A DNA stretch of 64,000 bases from the NCBI GenBank assembly GCA_045600865.1, contig JAZRYS010000168.1, positions 1,556 to 65,555 on the forward strand, given 5' to 3'. The notes beneath the pieces are model-generated. The model saw only the letters and a list, made by a program, of their open reading frames with translations, had not been told where the DNA came from and ran no database searches. This DNA comes from Candidatus Aphodosoma sp. (GTDB lineage Bacteria > Bacteroidota > Bacteroidia > Bacteroidales > Paludibacteraceae). A program made the translations under genes and the position numbers. This document shows positions 20,832 to 27,273 of the stretch, piece after piece; positions within the stretch are counted from its first letter, which is position 1, and the number at the start of each line of letters is the position of its first letter.

Positions 20832-21795
20832 CATTGCTTTGCTGTTGTGTCAGTCGTTGAACGCACAATGGCACCACACCGTTTTCCATGGATTCTACCT
20901 GCAAGGCGGTTTTGCAGGACGCATGTACCATTCTCCGAAAGATGTAAAGGCCCTGAATGGTTCAGGGGTTACGGTAGGCTACTCCTACGAATATGACCGG
21001 GAATCCTTTGCCGTGAATACAGGTGTGGGTTTCCACTGGCAGCGTGTGTCGAACTCTCTTCCTGATTACTCTGCCACTCGCGAAGGCATGTACGATTCAG
21101 AGGGAGAGATGTTCACTCTTCGCTACTGTTTCAACAACCGCATTGAACACGTCACCACATGGAGATTGGAGGTTCCGGCATTCATAGGTTTCAAGCAACG
21201 TAAAATCTTCTGTTTCTTCGGTCCTATAGCTGGGGTTGAGTTTCACGAACAGGTGAGCCAGAATGCCAACATCTCCACATCGGCTGAATATCCGTTTGGG
21301 ATTGTGCCGCTGACAGCAATGGATGTCCATGGCCTGCATCTGAATGCCCAGAACATTGCAGAGAACTCTGCCTTCAAGATTCGCCCCTGGCTGGCATTTC
21401 ATCTTGAAGTCGGCGTCAACCTAAACCGCACTGTCCGTCAAGGTTATCGCAAGGAATCGCCAATCCAGCTCCGCTTCTCGCTTTATGCTGACTATGGCTA
21501 CAACTTCGACGACCTGATTACTAAAAACAAAAACCTTGAACCATACCAAATCGATAAGGATTATCCATACGATTTAAGCAGGATTAAGGCTTACCCATAT
21601 TCCGAGACAAATCAGTATTCAGCCTCATGGGTTTCAAGATTCACTGTCGGTGCTCGCGCAACGCTTCATTTCAACAACGACGTAAAAAAGACGTATGGCC
21701 GCAACCATAAATACGCCCACGGCAAGATCCGCTCCGTCAACAAACGCAAAAAGCCATCGCAGTACAAATCATCATCGTTCCGGAAGAAACGCTGA
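20791..21795 (+). CDS. Putative outer-membrane beta-barrel protein with a strongly basic C-terminal tail
   Basis: Signal peptide MTTLRKLNASLFISIALLLCQSLNAQ. Alternating aromatic/hydrophobic strand-like segments. Tail KKTYGRNHKYAHGKIRSVNKRKKPSQYKSSSFRKKR. It overlaps the upstream gene by 41 nt. Confidence 0.6.
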   Translation: MTTLRKLNASLFISIALLLCQSLNAQWHHTVFHGFYLQGGFAGRMYHSPKDVKALNGSGVTVGYSYEYDRESFAVNTGVGFHWQRVSNSLPDYSATREGMYDSEGEMFTLRYCFNNRIEHVTTWRLEVPAFIGFKQRKIFCFFGPIAGVEFHEQVSQNANISTSAEYPFGIVPLTAMDVHGLHLNAQNIAENSAFKIRPWLAFHLEVGVNLNRTVRQGYRKESPIQLRFSLYADYGYNFDDLITKNKNLEPYQIDKDYPYDLSRIKAYPYSETNQYSASWVSRFTVGARATLHFNNDVKKTYGRNHKYAHGKIRSVNKRKKPSQYKSSSFRKKR

Positions 21796-21853
21796 TTGAT
21801 TCAAATCGGTCATTGGAATCATTTCATGACTTTGTCAATGCCGTTACACAAAG

Positions 21854-23526
21854 TCATCCATTATTTTTCACCCAATGGCCATTTGTGGAATGACCTTCCC
21901 AGCGGTATCCCAAAATCTTTATTTCTCGTTTTATGGTTGCTTCCGAGACCTTTAGTTTTTTGCTCAATTCTTTCCTCGAAATAAACGTATTTTCCTCTAT
22001 ATATTTTGCAACACTTTTTTGACGCTTAGTTAATTGATTGTCCGCACATTGCCCATTATCATTTAGAGGGTCATTTAGAGGGTCATTTTTACCACTGTTT
22101 GCATCATCGTTGGCGGTATCATTACCTCCATTAATATTCCAGTTCCCATCTATCTCAGCAATCAGTTTCTCCTCCTTTAGATGATTCATCACTGTTTCGG
22201 GCACTTTCTCTTCCTCACCTCTGTTCACAAAATACAATCCCATCAGATCAAAAATCACCAAGGGATTATCATCACTGCGGATTTCCTGTTGCATACGCAC
22301 CAGTTTCACCAGTTTAGGGTATCTCAATTTTGAAAAGAATGTCAGGCTCACCTGATAGTTATCCGTTCCATCAAACGAAGGCATCTGTTTACCGTCCATT
22401 ATGCAGTTTGCAAACATCTTGTCTATTCCTTGTCCAGATCGTTCCACGAGTCCGGTTTTCTGAAGTACTTCAGCAAGACGTTTCTGTCTCGGCGTGCTGC
22501 TTACCGTCAGAATATTATCCAGAGTGACACCGATAGGGAATCCTCCTGGATTGACGATTGTCAGTTCCTCTGGAGACTGTTTGATAAAAACACTGCTTTG
22601 AATCTGCATTGATCTGTGAGTCAACGAATTCAAAATAGCCTCGCGTACACTATCCTCGTTGAATGCCAGAATATCGTGCATATCAAGCCCCACTCTCACA
22701 TGCTCCATAGGATTCGAGAGAGGCTGATTCAGAAATTCCCAGACTTTATATACTCCCACAAATAGTGGATGGACAAACTCCTTCCGTGCAGTATATGTAA
22801 TCGATGCTTTGTTTTTCCTATATTCCACCACGACTTCATATTGAGGCAGCAATCGGTGTATTATCTCCTTTTTGCCAAGTAGCATCAAAGCCGCATAATT
22901 CAATCTTCCGTTTTCCAGCAATTCCAAATCTGTCAGCACTTGTTCCGTAGGCAACTGCTTGAACGAGGGATTCTTCTGCTTTTCTGCATACTTTATCTTC
23001 ATCACATTTATAGCCTCTTCGTCAAGGTCATCAATATTCAGTCCCTCACATATCTTTGCCGAGAAATCTGGTTCCTGCTCATTCAGTATCTTACGCATTT
23101 CGTCATCTGACATCTCCCTCAGGCTTTCACCAATTCGCATCAATGGAACACCTTCAAATTTCAGCATTTTGCCTATAGGTCTTGACGGAATATTGAACAC
23201 TACCACCCTCTTGTCTTCGTCAAAATATTCCTTTATATCAACACGGATCCCGTGATATTTGTATATAGCATCTGCCAATGCGCCCAGATTCCCCATTTCG
23301 TATGATGTGCCGACAATTTCGTGAGGTCGTTTGTCTGCCATACCGAACACCAGACGACCTCCTTTTTCATTAGCCAAAGCCGCCACATAACCAAGAATGC
23401 AATGTCTGCGGTCCTTAGGATCTTTATGTTCCCCACCATTATAATTAAAATTTCTTTTCGCCTCCTTGAATTCTATGTGACCTCGCTCTCCTTGAGCAGT
23501 TTCAGTCTTTCCAAATATTCATTCAT
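21854..23526 (-). pseudogene. AlbA_2/Schlafen-type putative DNA-binding regulator (AlbA_2 + HATPase_c_4-like + C-terminal wHTH), disrupted by a frameshift near the 5' end
   Basis: The main ORF (21854..23386) begins only at an internal GTG. The same frame is open upstream and reads ..HIEFKEAKRNFNYNGGEHKDPKDRRHCILGY-VAALANEKGG but has no start codon. An ATG at 23526 gives MNEYLERLKLLKESEVT* in another frame, with its stop at 23473-23475. Joined, the two parts give the usual ...ESE..EFK AlbA_2 N-terminus. Confidence 0.65.
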
Positions 23527-23724
23527 AACAGATTTTATTCTGACAGTTATATTGTAAAAGTATGTAAATAACTACTTTTTGTGTCATGCTCCTAAATCAA
23601 CCTACGAAGGTACGAACATTTTTTTGACATGACAAAATCTTTCGTCAGAAAATTTTGGCCTTTGACAAGAAGGACAAACTACAGGCTGCGTTTCGTCTGA
23701 AAATATGACAGACACAGAGGAATC

Positions 23725-23776
23725 GCAAGAGCCCCTGATTCGGCCTTTTTGTACCGATTCTTATTGGGGCTCTTGC
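23725..23776. other. 11-bp inverted repeat (GCAAGAGCCCC / GGGGCTCTTGC) with a 30-nt spacer, followed by TTTTGTTT on the plus strand
   Basis: Read directly. It lies between the lipoprotein operon 3' end and the AlbA_2 gene 5' end. The T-run is on the strand that has no upstream gene, so a terminator role is uncertain. Confidence 0.3.
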
Positions 23777-23810
23777 TTTTGTTTATGCTAACCTTACTTC
23801 TGAGTTTATT

Positions 23811-24560
23811 TCACTTGATGACTTTAAGTTTTTGCAATGGTATGAGCATCGCATTGCCTCCAAAATAAAGCGGCTTAACTATTACTGTTTGATAGCCACT
23901 GAGAGACAAACGAAATTCAATCCTCACTACATCACTTGCATTTTCAACAACAAGCGGATTAAGTACTTTATACTGTTTCAGATTATTGTTTAACAATTCA
24001 TTTCCAAACATTTCCTCGGTAAGATAAGCAAACGGAGTCGTCCCAAGGTATTGAAAATCCGGAATACTACCCTGCGTTTTATAGATTATCCTATATTCCA
24101 CTGTTACCCCATCATATTGCGGTTTATGAGCATAGGATAATAACGAGCCAACACCATACGCAAAAACATTATATATTTTCACGTCAGAAATAGGCTTCTC
24201 CTTTGAAATCTTATCATCAATCCTCTGCCTCAATGTGGATTTCTCTACAGCGTCATCTAAAATAGACTTGCCATTTGATTCTTTATCTTCTCCATCTGTT
24301 TCGGACACTGAATCAAATGTATTCCTTTTTGGTTTAGTCATTTTAAATTCTTCATATTTTCCATCATCATACAATACAGCAGAAACATCATTTTTCAAAA
24401 CATAAGTTTCCACTCCGTTTTCTGCAATGTATATGATTTCGGTATCAGTCACAGATTTTATAGATACATTTTCAATCTTGTCACCAGATTTTTTCAGAAT
24501 TATTCCAGCATTCAAAAGTACAGGGAAGAGGACGAATAAGGTGAAAACTATTCGTTTCAT
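23811..24560 (-). CDS. Secreted protein with a possible C-terminal PEGA-like beta domain, function unknown
   Basis: Signal peptide MKRIVFTLFVLFPVLLNAG. Acidic linker. The C-terminal part (YLGTTPFAY...VRIEFRLSLSGYQTVIV) is loosely PEGA-like. It is the last gene of a three-gene minus-strand operon. Confidence 0.6.
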   Translation of the reverse strand: MKRIVFTLFVLFPVLLNAGIILKKSGDKIENVSIKSVTDTEIIYIAENGVETYVLKNDVSAVLYDDGKYEEFKMTKPKRNTFDSVSETDGEDKESNGKSILDDAVEKSTLRQRIDDKISKEKPISDVKIYNVFAYGVGSLLSYAHKPQYDGVTVEYRIIYKTQGSIPDFQYLGTTPFAYLTEEMFGNELLNNNLKQYKVLNPLVVENASDVVRIEFRLSLSGYQTVIVKPLYFGGNAMLIPLQKLKVIK

Positions 24561-24562
24561 AA

Positions 24563-25531
24563 CTATTCTTCTTCAGGAACTAATTTGAACATATAGCTCA
24601 CATCATTGTCATCAATCAGTGAACGGACATCATACTTGCGAGTTTGTGTATAATAACCTTTCTTGCTTACTTTAACCTCAATCTGCACAAGACCTGAATT
24701 ATTATATGTCAATCCCTTAATATCCAATGCCTCTGTTCCTTCATAAGGAGTTGTTTCCAAATATTTATAATTTTGGTTCTTTACCTCCGGAGTTTTTGAA
24801 ATAACGCGCCATTCAACATCTGCGCCCTGAGGACGTGAATTTATATTCCAATGCACCACCAGATGTTCCAATGCAGTATTGCCTTCTCCTTGCACTTGCT
24901 TGTTCGCCTCTAACTTAGGAGAGCTGGCACGATGAAGGAAAAAGGCTATTCTATCCCAATCCACATCTGCAAGTGCATTGCTATATGCTTTATTCAAAGC
25001 AATGTTAGCAGCCTGATTACTATCAGAAGCACCACTTACATTAGCACGTCCACTCACTTCTACCGTTGGGTAAACCAAAGTGCGATTATGGTCTGAAACC
25101 TTCAGATTCATAATTACCGTTCCAGTCCAACCAATTCCTGATAGATAATCCACGTGAAATTCTTTTAGGTCAACCTGCATCAGATAATCAGTTGCAACAT
25201 CTGCATCTAAATTGAATCCCATTGTGCGCATATATCTGCGCATGCTTTCCGGAACAAACGACGCTATTGAGGGATTAGCTTGAGCTGCAGGAAGAGAAGT
25301 CGCACTTGCGTCAAAAACTTGGATAATGCGCTGATTAGCGCGCACGTCTTGCACATTAAGACGTATTCCGTAATCTAAATTAGCATACTTGTCTGCTTGT
25401 GGGTCACTTACAAGTGCAAGATTGAAAATGCGCACCTGCGGCTGTGTTGCAACCTGCTTACGGAACAAGCTACAAGACGTAGCCAACACTACCACTGCTG
25501 CGATTGCAGCGAATAAAATACTTTTTCTCAT
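24563..25531 (-). CDS. Lipoprotein with a C-terminal PEGA domain, function unknown
   Basis: Lipobox VLATSC. C-terminal NSRPQGADVEWRV...YLETTPYEG...VKVSKKGYYTQTRKY fits the PEGA pattern. There is a 2-nt gap to the next gene. Confidence 0.65.
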   Translation of the reverse strand: MRKSILFAAIAAVVVLATSCSLFRKQVATQPQVRIFNLALVSDPQADKYANLDYGIRLNVQDVRANQRIIQVFDASATSLPAAQANPSIASFVPESMRRYMRTMGFNLDADVATDYLMQVDLKEFHVDYLSGIGWTGTVIMNLKVSDHNRTLVYPTVEVSGRANVSGASDSNQAANIALNKAYSNALADVDWDRIAFFLHRASSPKLEANKQVQGEGNTALEHLVVHWNINSRPQGADVEWRVISKTPEVKNQNYKYLETTPYEGTEALDIKGLTYNNSGLVQIEVKVSKKGYYTQTRKYDVRSLIDDNDVSYMFKLVPEEE

Positions 25532-25554
25532 AAATACATATCATTTATTTATTA

Positions 25555-26097
25555 TTATTTACCATCTGGTTTAATCTTAATAATCTTTGCGCTTACCGTA
25601 GTTCTATATATTATTTCACGGTTGCTTTTTCCCTGTTCTACATTCGTTGAAATCACAGGTTCTATAACGCCATCACCACCTGCAATCTTAGCCGCATTAA
25701 TAAGTCTGTAGATGGCCAAACGACGAACAATCCAATGTGGATATGGAGGTATATTGAATAGCTCTTCATCATAATCATTGCTCAAATACCCTAGACAAAC
25801 AAGTCCCTTAATAGAATTAGGTTCCCACTCTCCCGTTTTATTATTTTTATTCCAAGTTAGTGAGAACTCTCCATCTGGATCTTCCACCTTAACCGAAAAA
25901 TCAGAAAAGTGTGCTGTCAATGAAGCCTCAGCTGTAACCGTATTCACTATAATGTAATCTGTACGCTGCAAATCCAAATCATTGAAAGATATTGATGCAA
26001 CGGTGTTAGTTGCCTGAGGTATTACTGACAATGCACTACGACAAGAAGTCATCGTTATTGCAAGAATTGCAGCAAGAAATAGATTCTTTTTATTCAT
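25555..26097 (-). CDS. Small lipoprotein, function unknown
   Basis: The start is moved to the ATG at 26097, giving MNKKNLFLAAILAITMTSC (lipobox). It is the first gene of the three-gene operon. Confidence 0.6.
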   Translation of the reverse strand: MNKKNLFLAAILAITMTSCRSALSVIPQATNTVASISFNDLDLQRTDYIIVNTVTAEASLTAHFSDFSVKVEDPDGEFSLTWNKNNKTGEWEPNSIKGLVCLGYLSNDYDEELFNIPPYPHWIVRRLAIYRLINAAKIAGGDGVIEPVISTNVEQGKSNREIIYRTTVSAKIIKIKPDGK

Positions 26098-26492
26098 ATC
26101 AGTGTGTTTTAATATGTTGCCTACTCTAAAAAGGATTTTCGGCATACTCCATGTTTTTCTCAGTCCGTTGTTTGACGAGGCACAAAAAGTGGACTAACCT
26201 TTTCTATTCACAATCATAGACATCACCCCATTATGACAGTTTAGCAATTTGAAGATTGTGCAAAACAATGAATAACATCATGTTCTTAGTTGTGCATTTA
26301 GTTACATTTTATCCCATAGGCTTAATTTAATTAATTTTACACAGTTGAATCTATTTACTATGAGACCTAAAACCAATTACAATCAGGTAAAAGCTGAACA
26401 TACCTTATTGCAATCAATCAAAATACGTTTTCTGAGTTTTTGCAAAAGATGGCAAAATCTTTGTCTTGAAAAAAACATCTGATGTCTTTTTT

Positions 26493-26569
26493 GCAAATAA
26501 AAAACGCAGTCCCCAGTTGTCATTCCCTACTTGAAGGTTCTGGTAAACCCATACGACAAGAATGACAAC
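26493..26569 (-). repeat. Copy B of the dispersed element: 10-bp inverted repeat enclosing the conserved 28-nt core, followed by a T-run on the minus strand
   Basis: Arms are 26516-26525 (gttgtcattc) and 26560-26569 (gaatgacaac). The core at 26523-26550 matches 463-490 at 25/28 in reverse complement. The minus strand continues ...ctggggactgcgttttttatttgc. Confidence 0.6.
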
Positions 26570-26700
26570 GTAGCCTGCGCCGATATGTATAACCGCACTC
26601 TTAAGAGCGCATGAATATACATACACCGCAGACATTCATTGATCCCTCTTGCTTCAGGTCGTATAAAAATTTACCAGATTTTCAAGTACCGAAACAAGCG
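26510..26700. repeat. ~190-bp imperfect palindrome centred on CTCTTAAGAG (26598-26607)
   Basis: Reading outward from the centre, the two arms share AAGAGYGC, TATACATA, CGCAG, GTCGTAT, TTTACCAGA and TTCAAGTA in the same order. The right arm is a decayed inverted copy of element B. Confidence 0.6.
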
Positions 26701-26773
26701 TCAATAAACGCCTAAAATATGTCTGCTCGCCCACCCCCTAATGAGAGACCCCACAGGCGCGGGTTTGCGGTTG

Positions 26774-26781
26774 CAAAGGTA
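26774..26781 (-). promoter_or_regulatory. Orphan promoter P1: minus-strand TACCTTTG -7 box with TTTG at -33 spacing
   Basis: Plus-strand CAAAGGTA at 26774-26781. The minus-strand TTTG is at 26802-26805, giving a 20-nt spacer. The 20-mer 26772-26791 is 19/20 identical to 27080-27099. No credible ORF lies downstream for ~670 nt. Confidence 0.5.
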
Positions 26782-26838
26782 GGAATAATTTCTGAACTGG
26801 GCAAATGTTTGGGAAACTTTTTTCAATGATTGTTTATC

Positions 26839-26893
26839 CCAAATCGGTCATTGGGATTTGTCAAGCTCCCTTCATGGCTAATGACCGATTTGG
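26839..26893. repeat. 14-bp perfect inverted repeat (CCAAATCGGTCATT / AATGACCGATTTGG) with a 27-nt spacer
   Basis: Read directly. The left arm plus flank (CAAATCGGTCATTGGGAT, 26840-26857) recurs at 21802-21819 at 17/18. Confidence 0.8.
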
Positions 26894-26926
26894 TTTTAAT
26901 TGATAACTCTCAATTGAAAGGAGGTT

Positions 26927-27017
26927 GCGCCTTCGCTCGGGGTTCGCTCGGTATTCGCTTTTTGACCCCGAGAAGCGAATACCGAGCGAACTCGCAGCGA
27001 ACCTGCAGCGAACCTAA
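26927..27017. repeat. Iteron-like array: three forward TTCGCT and four reverse AGCGAA hexamers phased at exactly 11 bp
   Basis: TTCGCT lies at 26932, 26943 and 26954. AGCGAA lies at 26974, 26985, 26996 and 27007. The inner units form a perfect 19-bp inverted repeat (26942-26960 / 26973-26991). Confidence 0.85.
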
Positions 27018-27081
27018 TGTCTTGACTGTTCAGACCTCTGGAGTGTGAGCCATGAAAACATCCTTCCGCTGAATTGCACTG

Positions 27082-27089
27082 CAAAGGTA
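27082..27089 (-). promoter_or_regulatory. Orphan promoter P2: minus-strand TACCTTTG -7 box, duplicate of P1
   Basis: Plus-strand CAAAGGTA. The surrounding 20-mer is 19/20 identical to P1. It fires toward the iteron-like array. Confidence 0.45.
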
Positions 27090-27195
27090 TGAATAATTTT
27101 TGGTATGGCAATGGGTTGTCAGGACCTTGGCGGAATTAAAACTTGTATTGACTTGTGCCTGTGAGCGTTACAGCGGCTTTGAGATTGAAAATGGG

Positions 27196-27225
27196 GTGAA
27201 AAATGGAGGCAAAATTTGCCTCCAT
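27196..27225 (-). terminator. Putative intrinsic terminator ending the long minus-strand gene string
   Basis: ATGGAGGCAAAATTTGCCTCCAT (27203-27225) forms a stem of 8 bp or more. It is followed on the minus strand by TTTTCACCCCATTTTC, 49 nt after the stop at 27274. Confidence 0.6.
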
Positions 27226-27273
27226 CGTTGTCATCCGTTTATAACCTTATAGTAATAAATGGCTTTTGATGTC

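Noticed and set aside
23705-23791. 28-codon ORF MTDTEESQEPLIRPFCTDSYWGSCFCLC (Cys-rich) between the lipoprotein operon and the AlbA_2 gene.
   Set aside because: It coincides with the 11-bp inverted repeat and T-run, so the Cys codons come from the GC-rich stem. There is no promoter box upstream. It is too short to support without expression data.
26414-26635. 73-aa minus-strand ORF in the palindrome region.
   Set aside because: It runs through both hairpin arms and the T-run of element copy B. It has no signal or motif, so a non-coding role fits the structure better.
26830-27111. 72-aa (plus strand) and 71-aa (minus strand) ORFs over the iteron-like array.
   Set aside because: Both exist only because the 11-bp repeats and the long inverted repeat keep frames open. 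One starts at a TTG inside the 18-bp repeat. The other starts upstream of, and runs through, promoter box P2. The translations have no motifs.
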